DNA of 64,000 nt from a virus: the IMG/VR virus record IMGVR_UViG_3300020463_001984, positions 1-64,000 of that record; one strand, given 5' to 3'. The translations under genes were made by a program, and so were the position numbers. The notes under the pieces were generated by a model. The model searched no databases and was not told the origin of the DNA. It saw only the letters and a list, made by a program, of their open reading frames with translations. Shown here piece by piece: positions 17,425-29,800 of the stretch (its first letter is position 1; every line of letters starts with the position of its first letter).

Positions 17425-20400
17425 GTGGCAGTTGGTCGTATTTCGGGTCCACTCTTAAAGTCCAATCTATTGCGTAATGGCGTAGATCTGGCTTTTGAGA
17501 CAGACCTATTATATCTAGATGTAAGTAATAGCCGAGTAGGTATTAAGACTACCACTCCTCAACACCCATTAGACGTCAACGGTTCAGCAAGAATTACAGA
17601 TTTAGATATTTTAACTCCTAATCTACCAATAGGAAATATTACAATCAATGGATCAACAAATACAATTAGCACATCAGCGGCTAGTTTGAACATTGGTACA
17701 CCTAACTCAGTTGTATATCAAAATAAGATTGTAGTAGATAATATTACATTAGACGGTAATATAATCCAAGCAACAAACACTAATGGAAACTTAGAATTTA
17801 GACCACAAGGTACTGGTACTGTTAATTTCTTTGGTGATACAAATATTACAGGTAATTTACACGCAACAGGAAATATAAGTGCTGATGGAAACATTGTAAT
17901 TGGTGATGCAGACACTGATACACTTACAATTAATGCGGATATAGCCGGTGATTTAATACCAGATGTAACAAACACATACGATATAGGTACAACATCTAAA
18001 CGTTGGAAGCATGGTTACATTAATAATCTTACAACAACTACTTTAAATTCAAACAGTATTACACTTTCAGGTATTAATCTTGTAAGCACACCTGGTAATT
18101 TATACTATGTTGGTGCAAATGGTGATGATACAAAAACAGGAACACACCCACAAGATCCATATTTGACAGTTGCGAAAGCATTATCAGTAGCAACTGCTGG
18201 TGATACAGTTTACGTTTACCCAGGAACTTATCAAGAAGTATTTCCTTTAACAATACCAGCCGGCGTTGCAGTAAAAGGAACAGGATTAAGATCAGTAAAA
18301 ATTACTCCAACAGCAGGAACAAATACAAATGATGCAATATACTTAAACGGTGAGTCAACATTAGAAGATTTAACAATAGCAGATTTTTATTATGACTCTT
18401 CAAATGACACAGGTTACGCATTTAAGTTTGCAAATAATATGCTTGTTACTTCTAGATCACCTTATCTTAGAAACTTAACAATATTAACTAAAGGTTCAGT
18501 CACTTCTGCAAGTGATCCTAGAGGATTTGATCAAAATGATGCAGGTCGTGGTGCATTTTTAGATGGATCAGTAGTAAACTCTTCAAGCAGAGAAGCAGGT
18601 TGTTTATTTCATGCAGTAACATTTATTACTCCTAACCAAACTGCTTTACATATTAAGAATGGTACTAGAATAGAATGGTTAAATTCATTTACATATTTCG
18701 CAGACAAAGGTATATTAGCAGAGAATGGAACAACAGGTTTATATGGTGCTGGTAAAACAAAGGTAAAACTTAGAGATGTATCAGGAACTTTTACAGCAGG
18801 ACAAAGTTTTTCTTATTACGAAGGCGGTAATTTAAGAGCAAACGGAAGTATTGCAAGTGTCGATGGTGCGTATGTTTACTTAACAGGTAACATTGCAAAC
18901 TTAATTGAAGCAGGTGCAAGGGTTGGAAAAACTGTAACTGCTAACGGTAACGTGCAAATAGATACAGCAATTAAAAAGTTTGGACAAGGATCAGTATTAT
19001 TCGACGGCACAGATGATTATCTTTCAATAGCATCTAATGATGACTTTGGATTCGGCACAGGTGACTTTGCATTTGAAGGTTGGATTTACTGTACAAACAT
19101 TTCAGGTAACAGAACAATATTTGATTTCAGAGGAGGTTCTGATAGTGATACAGCACCTACTTTAGAAATAAACGGATCAGGTGCATTAAATTATAATGTA
19201 GGCGGAACAACACAAATTACGGGCGGTACTGTGGTAGTGAATACATGGCATCATGTTGCAGTATCAAGATTAAGTGGCGTAACAAGATTATTTTTAGATG
19301 GAAGTAAGTTATCAAGTGACTATACAGATACAAATAATTATGGAACTACAAAACCTATGTACATAGGTGCAAGTCATGATGGTACTGAAGACTTTATCGG
19401 ACACATGGACGACATCAGAGTATCCCGAATAAACAGATACACTGGAAACTTTACACCACCAACAGGTGAAATTGCTAACGATGAATATGTAAGATTAGTT
19501 TTAAGATTTAATGACCAAACAGATGCATCAACAACATTTACTGATGACGGTATATACGAACAGGATATTAGATGTGGTAATGGCGCAACTGCTAAATTTA
19601 TGGACTTGGTTGACTATACAGACTTTGGTGGAGAGATTAGATCCATAGCAAGTGCTTGTATATACGGAAACTACGGAGCATATGGTAGTGGTAACGGTGT
19701 AACAATGTACCTAATTGGTACAAACTTTGCATACATTGGTTTAGGCAAAGAAGTTGACAATGATCCAACACAGGTTATTCAAGCACAAGAAACAACTGAA
19801 CTTAATGGTGCAAGAGTTTATTTTAATTCAGTTGACCATAAAGGTGATTTTAGAGTTGGTGATTTATTCCATGTTGATCAACAGACAGGTACAGTAAACT
19901 TTACAAATGCAAACTTTAATATTGATACTACAACTGGCGTAACTTTTACAGATGGTTCTAGTACAACTACTATTGATGGATCAAAAGTCCAAACTGGAAA
20001 TGTAAAATTAAGTTCAAACATTGTTGAATCACTATCGGGTGATTTAAATATTGATGCATCAGGTAAAATTAATTTTAATGACAATGTGTCTATTACAGGA
20101 AACTTAGATGTATCAGGTGACTTAACTATTGGCGGAAATATTACAATAGGTGATGCGGCATCAGACACAATACAAATAACAGCAGGTATTGAAAGTGATC
20201 TAGTACCAAGCACAGACGGAATTTATAATTTAGGTTCATCAACAAAACAATGGTCAAATTTATACACAGGAAGATTAAACGTTGACAGTATTGCTATTGA
20301 TGACAATTACATTACAACTACTGATTCAAATACAGATTTAGAATTAAGAGCGAACGGCACAGGTGATGTTGTAATTGATAATTTAAGATTTAACACTAAC

Positions 20401-21138
20401 ACAATTAGAAACCTAAGCGGTGACATGGTTTTAGATCCTGCTTCAGAAACTGTACACTTTGATAGTACAGGAAGTATAAGATTACCTGCAGGGACAACTG
20501 CACAAAGACCAGGTACTCCTGTGGTAGGTATGATAAGATATAACACTGATACAAATGTATTTGAAGGATATGATGGAAACTGGATTGCACTAAATGGTTT
20601 ATATGACTTAGACCAAGACACATATATTTCACCTGAAACATCACCAGGATCAGATGATGACACATTAAATTTTTATGCTGGTGGTACTTTGGTTGCATCA
20701 GCAAACGCACAAAGATTTGATATACCAAAATTAAGTGTAGATCAGATTGAAATCAGTGGAGATACTATTACAACTACCGTAACCAACGGAGATTTGAACC
20801 TTGTTGCTAATGGTAGTGGTGGGGTAAATGTAGAAAACTTTAGTTTTAATGCAAATTCGATAACTAATAATGTAGCCGGTGGTGTAACAACTTTGGCTCA
20901 ATCAGGCACAGGATATTTCAAAATTGAAGGCACAGGCGGATTTGTAATACCAACAGGTAACAACTTTAATAGACATCCAACTCCAGTTTTAGGAATGATG
21001 AGATTTAATACCGCTGACGATAGAGTAGAAATATACGATGCAAGTAATAACTGGGTTTCAGTAGCAGGTAGTTCAGGTGCAGTTTCGGCCTTGGACGCAG
21101 AAAATATTGCAATCCAAACTGCGATAATAATGGGATAA
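17425..21138 (+). CDS. Large fibre/appendage protein with inserted LamG/concanavalin-A-like domain (1237 aa)
   Basis: GTG start. FDGTDDYL..DFGFGTGDF.FEGWIY..WHHVAVSR..F.GHMDDIRVS is LamG-like. Confidence 0.75.
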   Translation: MAVGRISGPLLKSNLLRNGVDLAFETDLLYLDVSNSRVGIKTTTPQHPLDVNGSARITDLDILTPNLPIGNITINGSTNTISTSAASLNIGTPNSVVYQNKIVVDNITLDGNIIQATNTNGNLEFRPQGTGTVNFFGDTNITGNLHATGNISADGNIVIGDADTDTLTINADIAGDLIPDVTNTYDIGTTSKRWKHGYINNLTTTTLNSNSITLSGINLVSTPGNLYYVGANGDDTKTGTHPQDPYLTVAKALSVATAGDTVYVYPGTYQEVFPLTIPAGVAVKGTGLRSVKITPTAGTNTNDAIYLNGESTLEDLTIADFYYDSSNDTGYAFKFANNMLVTSRSPYLRNLTILTKGSVTSASDPRGFDQNDAGRGAFLDGSVVNSSSREAGCLFHAVTFITPNQTALHIKNGTRIEWLNSFTYFADKGILAENGTTGLYGAGKTKVKLRDVSGTFTAGQSFSYYEGGNLRANGSIASVDGAYVYLTGNIANLIEAGARVGKTVTANGNVQIDTAIKKFGQGSVLFDGTDDYLSIASNDDFGFGTGDFAFEGWIYCTNISGNRTIFDFRGGSDSDTAPTLEINGSGALNYNVGGTTQITGGTVVVNTWHHVAVSRLSGVTRLFLDGSKLSSDYTDTNNYGTTKPMYIGASHDGTEDFIGHMDDIRVSRINRYTGNFTPPTGEIANDEYVRLVLRFNDQTDASTTFTDDGIYEQDIRCGNGATAKFMDLVDYTDFGGEIRSIASACIYGNYGAYGSGNGVTMYLIGTNFAYIGLGKEVDNDPTQVIQAQETTELNGARVYFNSVDHKGDFRVGDLFHVDQQTGTVNFTNANFNIDTTTGVTFTDGSSTTTIDGSKVQTGNVKLSSNIVESLSGDLNIDASGKINFNDNVSITGNLDVSGDLTIGGNITIGDAASDTIQITAGIESDLVPSTDGIYNLGSSTKQWSNLYTGRLNVDSIAIDDNYITTTDSNTDLELRANGTGDVVIDNLRFNTNTIRNLSGDMVLDPASETVHFDSTGSIRLPAGTTAQRPGTPVVGMIRYNTDTNVFEGYDGNWIALNGLYDLDQDTYISPETSPGSDDDTLNFYAGGTLVASANAQRFDIPKLSVDQIEISGDTITTTVTNGDLNLVANGSGGVNVENFSFNANSITNNVAGGVTTLAQSGTGYFKIEGTGGFVIPTGNNFNRHPTPVLGMMRFNTADDRVEIYDASNNWVSVAGSSGAVSALDAENIAIQTAIIMG

Positions 21139-21142
21139 GTGA

Positions 21143-21472
21143 ATGGCAACGTTTTTTAAAAATAAAGTAATTAAAGATGTAGGAAAACAAGCAGTAGAGA
21201 TTTATACTACAGGTGTTTCTACAAAGACTACGGTAATTGGACTTGCACTTTGTAATTTAACTGCAAGTGTTATTTCAGTAAGTATCTTAATAAGCGATGA
21301 CACTTCTGTCACAGGATATTATCTCAAAGATGTACTTGTTCCACCGAACTCAACTTTGAAAGCATTGAACGGTGGTGAAAAATTAGTATTGCCTGCAACG
21401 AATGTGATATTCGCACAAAGTAACATTGATGCAAGTTTAGATGTCATCATGAGTTACGTGGAGATTGTATAA
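21143..21472 (+). CDS. Small adaptor-like structural protein, paralog 2
   Basis: IYT...CN...GEKLVL...SYVEI. Confidence 0.6.
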   Translation: MATFFKNKVIKDVGKQAVEIYTTGVSTKTTVIGLALCNLTASVISVSILISDDTSVTGYYLKDVLVPPNSTLKALNGGEKLVLPATNVIFAQSNIDASLDVIMSYVEIV

Positions 21473-21933
21473 TGAGTGGATCTTTTTATGTTGGTCCTAA
21501 TCCAAGCGACTTAATCTTTGACGGATTAGGTGAAAGATTCTTTTATGGTTTGAGAAGAACCGATGATGGAGAATTATTTCTTGCTAAGATTGATCAATTA
21601 GGAAGTGACTCATTAATTATTAATAAGTCTGGTGATCCTGTAAAAAATTATCCAGACTTTGAAGAAGGAAATGAATTTTTTGATGGTAGAGATAGCAATC
21701 ATAATTTAGTATATGAAAATTTAAACTACGAACAGTTTAGATGGGACGATGCGAATTTAGTTTACTACATTAACAATGAAGGTGAACTAGTTGTACGTGT
21801 CAACCAAGACGCTGATGCAGGAACGATCACTTATGCAGACACAACCGAAGATGAAGGAAGTGGTGTATCAACTGGTTGGGACGAAACAGGATATACATTT
21901 GATAACAATAGTTTGACATACGACAAAACATAG
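21472..21933 (+). CDS. Hypothetical structural protein (paralog of 23422..23790)
   Basis: FYGLRRTDDG.L...YENLNYEQ.RWDD shared with its paralog. Confidence 0.65.
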   Translation: MSGSFYVGPNPSDLIFDGLGERFFYGLRRTDDGELFLAKIDQLGSDSLIINKSGDPVKNYPDFEEGNEFFDGRDSNHNLVYENLNYEQFRWDDANLVYYINNEGELVVRVNQDADAGTITYADTTEDEGSGVSTGWDETGYTFDNNSLTYDKT

Positions 21934-21946
21934 GAGTAGATGAAAG

Positions 21947-23410
21947 ATGGCAAAACAAGCAGTTAACACAGGTGTACTTCCAAACGATGGACAAGGGGAT
22001 AACCTACGTTCAGGTGCTGTTAAAATTAATAATAACTTCACAGAGTTATATACAGCATTAGGAGATGGAACGAACCTAACAACGGTAACGAATGGAGTAT
22101 TTAATAGTGCACCTGACTTATCGACAGGAAGTAATAAAATTACATTTAAGTATGCCGCTTATGGCGACCTACCTTCAGCAACAACATACGATGGTGCTAT
22201 TGCAAAAGTAACAGCAGATAATTGTGTGTACTATGCTCATAACAATGCATGGGTCAAAATGCTTGACACTAACAAGACTATCGGTGATTTGTCAAACGTC
22301 GCTAATACTACTCCAACTAACGGTGACAGTCTTGTATGGGATCAAAGTTTAGGAACATGGAAACCAGATGCAGTAGCAGGAGGCGGTGGAGGATCGGCTA
22401 CATTCGCTGGCTTATCAGATACACCAGCGGCATTTACATCTAATGCAGGAAAACTTTTAAGAGTGAATGCAGGAGCAACCGCTTTAGAATTTGTAACAGC
22501 AATCACAGCCTCAGAAGTAGCAACTATTTCAATTGATGCATTAAGTGATGTTGATACAACAACATCTGCTCCAAGTACTGGACAAGTTTTAAAATGGGAT
22601 GGGGCAAAATGGGCACCAGCGGCTGACGTAACATCAGGCGGTGGCGGAACTGATGCTGATACACTTGATGGTCAAGATGGTTCTTACTACTTAAATTATA
22701 ATAACTTTACAAACACTCCAACATTGTTTGGTGGTGCTTTCTTAAACTTATCTGACACACCAGGTGCGTTTACAGGAGCGGCAAACAGATTTGTAAAAGT
22801 TAAATCAGACGGAACTGGTTTAGAATTTGTTGCGGATCAATCAACAGACCAAAACTTATTTGCAACTTTCTCAGGTGATAGTGGATCAACAACTGCTAAC
22901 ACATTAACTGATACACTTACTATTGCAGGTGGTTCAAATATCACAACAGCAGTATCAGGTGATACATTAACAGTTAGTTTCAATGGAAGTTTAGGTGCTA
23001 CTACACTTGGTGCTTTGACTGATGTTGATACATCAGGAGCCAGAGCAGGTGATAGCATTTCATATGATGGTTCAAGTTGGGACGTTGTAAACGGTCCAAG
23101 AGTAAGTTGGTATATTGGAGCAAATGGATCTTCAGATTATACTTTCCAAGGACCAGGATTTCCAACAACACAAAATGATCCTTTGTTATACTTGATGAGA
23201 GGGATGACTTATGTGTTTATAAATTCAACAGGTGGTTCACACCCATTTGAAATTAGAACTACAAATGGTGGATCAGCATACACAGACGGCGTATCAGGAA
23301 GTAAAACAGGTACACAATTTTTTACTGTACCAATGAATGCTCCTAATACTTTATATTACCAATGTACGGCACACTCGAACATGGGTAATACTATGAATAT
23401 TGTAACGTAA
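21947..23410 (+). CDS. Fibre protein with gp9/gp10-like N-terminus and C-terminal cupredoxin-like domain (487 aa)
   Basis: MAKQ.VNTG..PNDG.GDNLR.GA.KIN.NFTELY; L..L.D(V/T) repeats; HPF...LYYQCTAHSNMG. Confidence 0.7.
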   Translation: MAKQAVNTGVLPNDGQGDNLRSGAVKINNNFTELYTALGDGTNLTTVTNGVFNSAPDLSTGSNKITFKYAAYGDLPSATTYDGAIAKVTADNCVYYAHNNAWVKMLDTNKTIGDLSNVANTTPTNGDSLVWDQSLGTWKPDAVAGGGGGSATFAGLSDTPAAFTSNAGKLLRVNAGATALEFVTAITASEVATISIDALSDVDTTTSAPSTGQVLKWDGAKWAPAADVTSGGGGTDADTLDGQDGSYYLNYNNFTNTPTLFGGAFLNLSDTPGAFTGAANRFVKVKSDGTGLEFVADQSTDQNLFATFSGDSGSTTANTLTDTLTIAGGSNITTAVSGDTLTVSFNGSLGATTLGALTDVDTSGARAGDSISYDGSSWDVVNGPRVSWYIGANGSSDYTFQGPGFPTTQNDPLLYLMRGMTYVFINSTGGSHPFEIRTTNGGSAYTDGVSGSKTGTQFFTVPMNAPNTLYYQCTAHSNMGNTMNIVT

Positions 23411-23421
23411 GGAGAAAATAA

Positions 23422-23790
23422 GTGAGTTCTTTTACTGTAGGAAATAACATACAAACTGTAAATGCAACCGTAAAGGGTGCAAGATACTTTTATGGTTTGA
23501 GACGAACTGACGATGGAGATTTGTACTTAATTAAAGCAGATGCTTTGAAAACGACTGATGGTGTACAAGTTAACAAGCCAGGTGATCCTACACAAAATTT
23601 ACCAGATTTCCAAAGAGGAATAGAGTTTTATTCTGGTAGAGATGAGGAACATAATAAAACTTACGAGAATCTAAATTATGAACAATACAGATGGGATGAC
23701 AGAAGTTTATTTTATTATGTCGATAGTGAAGGACAACTAACAGTTAGAGTAAATGAACAATATGATTATCCTAACGGAGTAAGTCCATAA
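23422..23790 (+). CDS. Hypothetical structural protein (paralog of 21472..21933)
   Basis: GTG start with AGGAG SD; shares the motifs above. Confidence 0.65.
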   Translation: MSSFTVGNNIQTVNATVKGARYFYGLRRTDDGDLYLIKADALKTTDGVQVNKPGDPTQNLPDFQRGIEFYSGRDEEHNKTYENLNYEQYRWDDRSLFYYVDSEGQLTVRVNEQYDYPNGVSP

Positions 23791-23836
23791 TGTACAACGA
23801 TAAATACATTAAATTAAGTGAAAGAGTTCAAGAGTA

Positions 23837-26800
23837 ATGGCCGAATTTAAACTAGATAGAATACGCTTTAGGTGGAAAGGTGCATGGGCATCGACAACTG
23901 CCTATATCAAAGACGACATTGTTTCATACGGTGGTAAGATTTACGTTTGTATATTCGGACACACATCAGTTGACGACACGGTTGCAGGAACAGACTTTTA
24001 CACAGATGCATTTGATAGTACAAATCCTAAATGGACACAAATGCTTGATGGTGTTTCATGGAAAAACACATGGCAACCAGGTACATATTATAAAGTAAAT
24101 GACATTGTAAAATACGGTGGGCAACTATACCAATGTATCATTGGACATGATTCAAGCACTTACACAGTGCCAAGTTCAGCAACAACTTATACTGTTCTTA
24201 CAAGAAATGATACAGTCAATACTCCAGAAGATAAAGATTATGTTGTAACAGTTGAACAAGGAAGTCCATCACAAACTGATGGTTACTTCTTCTTAGATGA
24301 TGTTCAAGCACCAACTGTAAGTTTTGTAAAAGGAAAAACTTATACATTTGATCAATCACCAGGTAGCAACGAAACTTGGAATACAAAAATTCATCCGTTG
24401 GCTTTTAGTATAACTGCTGACGGAACAAACACAACAGGAACTTATTACGAAACTGGAGTAACATACGAACTAGATGGTACTGCGGTAACAAGAATAAATT
24501 ATGATGCAGGATTTGCCGCGGCAACATCAAGAAAAGTTATTTTCCAAGTACCAGCAAATGCTCCAACTACTTTATATTACTTTTCAAATAGTAGTGCAAA
24601 CAGAGGCGGAACAATTAATGTTTCAGAAGCGGCTGGAAACTTTTATCTAGCAGGAACTGAAAATAGAGTTTTAAGTTTAGTAGAAGGACATCAATACTTA
24701 TTTGATCAAACAGATAGTTCTAATGCAACATTCGGTGGAACAGCACACCCAATGGTATTAAGTACATATTGGGACGGACATCATAATGGTGGTTCAGTTT
24801 ACGGGAATGGCGTAACTTATCTATTAGATGGCAGTGTGGTTACACTTGCAAGTTACCTAAGTGGATTTGCGGCGGCATCAGATAGAAAAGTAAAATTTAT
24901 TGTTCCTAGCAATCCACCAGACAAAATTTATTACTACGATTACAATCAAGCAGACACAGGTAACAAACATAAAAACGAAGGCCAGTATTTCCATTTATAT
25001 GACAATGGAGAAATTGGTGATTCAGATATTGGTAATTGGAAAATTTTAGATGCTTCAGATAATTGGAGATTTGAATGGCAACCTCTTACAAAATATAGAA
25101 TAGGCGACACTATTAAGTATGGTGGCATCCTTTACAGATGTACATCAGCACATACAAGTTCTAACACTGTTACTGGTCTTGAATTAGATATTGCTAAATG
25201 GATTACTGTATTAGAAACAGATACTTGGAAAGGTGATTGGACGCCTGGTAAAAGATATTTCAATCATGACATTGTTAGATATGGTGGAATTACAAAAAGA
25301 TGTGTAACAGGACACGTTGCTCAGGCTGATGATAATTTAGGTATTGAGCCTGATGATGCCAAATGGGAAACTTTAGTTGACGGCATTGAATATATTGGCG
25401 AATGGTTAGCAAGACAAGATTTAAATGTTTCATCATTTTCAGGATCATCTGCAACCTGTGTACACAACTATACAGCAGACGACAACGGAAGTATTTTAAA
25501 ATATACAACCACAGGTACAAAAGATACGTCACTTATTGCTGACAAATTTTATTATTTTAGATATGTAGATGCAACAAATATTAGTTTCCACCTTAACAAA
25601 GATGATGCAATAATAGGTAGAGATCCAGTTACGTTTAGTGGAGATTCAGTTGGATCACAAACACTAGAAGTAAGTAAAAAAATTAAACTTGGTGACCTTG
25701 TACGTTATGGTCCAACATTATTTAGATGTACTACTGCACACGTTCCAGGAACACAGTTTTCTACAGCATTCTTTAGTACTTGGATTCCAGGATTAGGATT
25801 TGAAAACCAATGGCAAGATACTATAACTTACCAACCAGGAGACATTGTAACTTATGGTGGATATAGTTATACAGCATTAACAGTTAATACGTCTTCAGTA
25901 CCAAGTGCTAATTTACTTGCTCAAGACACGGGCGATTGGGAACTTTTAACACAAGGTTACAGAGTTGGTGCATCATATAATTCAGATCAATCAACACAAG
26001 ATACTGCATCAGACTGGGGAAATACAACTGCATATAAAACTGGAGACGTTGTAAGATTAAATGGTCATGTGTTTATTGCTTTAAGAGATAGCACAGGTAG
26101 TGAACCAGATGATTCATTAACAACAACAACTTATGCAGTGACAGTTGGAAATCCAGGTTCAGGAAATAGATATTATATTGATGGTGTAGCAGAAGCAACA
26201 CTTACTTTAATTGAAGGCAATACTTACATCTTTAATCAATCTGCTACAAGTAATAATACGCACCCGATGTATATTAGTACAGTTAGTAACGGACATTGGA
26301 ATGATAGTACTTACAATTATTATCAACCAGGAGTCGTTTATCATTTAGATGGTACAGATTATTTAAACGCACAAGATTACAGTAGTGGATTTAATAGTGC
26401 AACTGTTAGATATGTAAAAATTACAGTACCAAGAGATGCTTACAAACAATTATATCCAGTATGTGATAATCATTCAGGAATGTATGGTACTGGTGTATGG
26501 AACACAGGACAGTCTGGAAATAATTGGCAAACTTTAATTACAGGTGATCATTGGAAAGACTTTTGGATTGAAGCAGATCCTATTAGTTTATCTCCAACAA
26601 ATTATTACTTAGGTGATATTGTAACATACGAAGGTACATTGTATAGATGTGTTAAACGTCATACAGCATCTACATCAGGTTCAAGACCAGACCTTGATAT
26701 GGATTACACTCAAGAAAATTACTGGACTAAAGTTATTCAGGGTGGACTAACAAATGTACTTCAATACAGAGGTGATATTAGATCACATGATGGAACAAGC

Positions 26801-29800
26801 ACTGTAAGAAGAGGAATTGGTAATCCAGGAGATGTATTAAAAGTAATTAATACTATACCGTCATACGAAGATTTAGGTGCAGTTGCAAACGTATTTTATG
26901 TTGCAACTAACGGAATAGATAATACAGATACAGGTAGAGGTTTATCTGACTCGGCTCCTTTTGCAAGTGTTAAGTATGCTTGTGATCACATTTTCCAAGA
27001 TGAAGCAACTAGATCTCCTGCAACAATTTTTGTTAAGACAGGAACATACAAAGAACAATTACCTATCAAGGTACCGGCAGACGTTGCTATCGTAGGTGAC
27101 GAACTACGTTCAACTAGAATTGAACCGGCAACTTCTGCATTTGAAACTTCAGATATGTTTAGAGTGCGTAATGGTTGCGGTATTAGAAACATGACATTGG
27201 CAGGATTAAAAGGTACACTTTCGGCGGAAGATGCTTATCAAACGAAACGTGTAGTTGGCGGAGCCTTTGTTGCTCTTGATCCAGGTGATGGTCCAAACGA
27301 TACAAGTGTACATATTATAAACAAATCAACTTATGTACAAAACGTTTCAACGTTCGGTGAAAAATGTATAGGTTTAAGAATTGATGGCGACTTACACAGT
27401 GCTGGTAACAAATCAGTTGTCGCTAACGACTTTACACAGATTATACAACAAGGTATTGGTTTCTGGTGTAGTGGTGAAGGTAAAGCAGAACTTGTTTCTG
27501 TGTTTACTTACTATTGTCATATAGGTTATCTATGTACGGATGGTGGTAAGGTACGTGCAACTAATGGTAACAATTCATATGGTGACTTTGGTTCTGTAGC
27601 AATTGGATTTGATAATACAGAAACTCCAATCACAGGAAAAATAAACAACTACTCCGGAGAAGCAACAGTCAGTAAAGTGTTTAATGATGAAAATCAATTA
27701 TTTACAGTTGGTTATAGTAATGCAGGTAATCACTATACAAGTGGGACAGTTGCTATTACAGGATCAGGTTTGAATGCGGCGGCTAACTTAAAAGAATTTA
27801 GAGACAACGGTATCATGGAAGTTAGAGTTGTTGACCCAGGTGACTCAAGTATAGCAGGTGGTGCCGGATATACTTTTGTAAACAACAGAGCACAACTTGG
27901 TGATAGCCTTAGTATTAATATTGCAAACTCTGATGTAAACAACGAATTATATTATCTAAACAAACTTTTAACTATCGTTGAAGGTGAAGGTAGAGGACAG
28001 TATGGTTACATAACAAGTTATGATTGGAATACAGGCGGAGTCATTGCAGGAACAGTAACAAGTGCCACTGACGCAGTTAGAGTTGAAGGATCATACACAG
28101 GAAAAACTGGTACAAGTAGTAACGGTCTTGCTACTCCACCAACAGTAACTTTGACAGTTGATGCAACAGGCGATGTAACAGTAACAGTAACAGCAGTTGG
28201 AAAAAATAACCTAGCAGATGATATTATTACTTACACTAATGTTGACTTTGGTGGTCAAGGTGCAAACGTAACATTTAAAATCAGTTCAGTAAGTTTAGGT
28301 AACAAAAGAATGACAATAGCAAGACAGGCAGACGGTGTTGCTGGTTGGGAACACTTATTACCTGGACAACCTATTAAAACAGTTTTAGATGAAACTACTA
28401 GATATCAAATCACTCCAAGAATTGATGTTAGTGAGCCACCTTACAATGCTAACAATTACAATACACCTTCAGGTACTGATGTAAAAGAATTTGCTTATCA
28501 GAAAATAGGCAGTAACAGATTAACAGTTGGTGTTGGAAACAACAGTATGATTTGGACAACTGATGGTACTAGTTGGAACAATGCGGCAAGTTATACTAAC
28601 TTACCTTATGTGTCAGTTGCAGAAGGAAATAACTTTTTTGTAGCAATTGATAGTGCAGGTAACACAAGAAAATCAGGAGACGGTACTAACTGGTCAAGTG
28701 CTGGTAGTTTACCAACAAATACATATAATACAATAAGATATGGTAACGGTTATCATATTGCTATTGCAGATTCACAATCCAATGCTTACGTAAGTTCTAA
28801 CAATGGAGATACGTGGACAACTGTTGCGGCAGGCTTTAGTAATGTTAAATTCCTTGCTTACGGTAATGACAAATGGATAGCAATGAACCAAGCAGGTGAT
28901 ACTTGGGAAAGTATAGATAATGGAAGTTCATGGTCATCAGGACCTGACTTAGGAGCAGTACAATATGATGTTGCAAGTTTATGTTTTGGTAACGGAAGAT
29001 TTGTAGCGGCGGCATATGATTCACCAAACGATATTTCAACTGTAAATAATAAATTTTTCTACAGTCTAACAAATAAAAGTGTTGCGGCAGGAAGCACACA
29101 ATGGTTAATGGGTGAAGATACTCCTGCGGCAGATAACTTTTTTGTTTCATACCAACAAGGTGTGTTTGTGGCAATAAGTGCTAATGGACAAGTTTGTGTA
29201 TCTCCAGATGGAAACTTATGGGACAACAAATCATCATTAGGTGGTTCGTATGTTGGAATAGGTGCAGGTAGTTCACGTACAAGTGGACCACAATTCTTTC
29301 CAATACAAAACGGAACAGTATCACAGATAACAACAATTGAATACGGTGCAAGAGCAAGACTTATTCCTCAATTAGCAAGTAATAGAATAAGTGAATTTAC
29401 TATTATTGAACCAGGTTCAGGATACACAGGATCAGCACCAACTTTAAGTATTGTAGATCCAGACAAACAAACATCAGTGACTTATGAAGTAAGATTAGGT
29501 ACAGGAGTTTGTGGACCAATTGAATTTACTAACAGAGGTACAGGATATTTAAATATTTCAGTAACAGTAACTGGTGATGGTTATAGAGATCAATACCAAC
29601 TAGGTGAAAATATTGTTGTTAAAGATTTATCAAGAGAACCAGGACCTGGAGATAATTTATACATAAATGAAATTAATGATGTTGTTTATAGTGTTCAAGC
29701 AGTAACAAATAAAACTGGTAGTGAACCTAATTTACAAGCAACGTTACAAATTAGTCCAACTATAGATAGGGCAGAATCTCCTAACCATGAAGAAACATTT

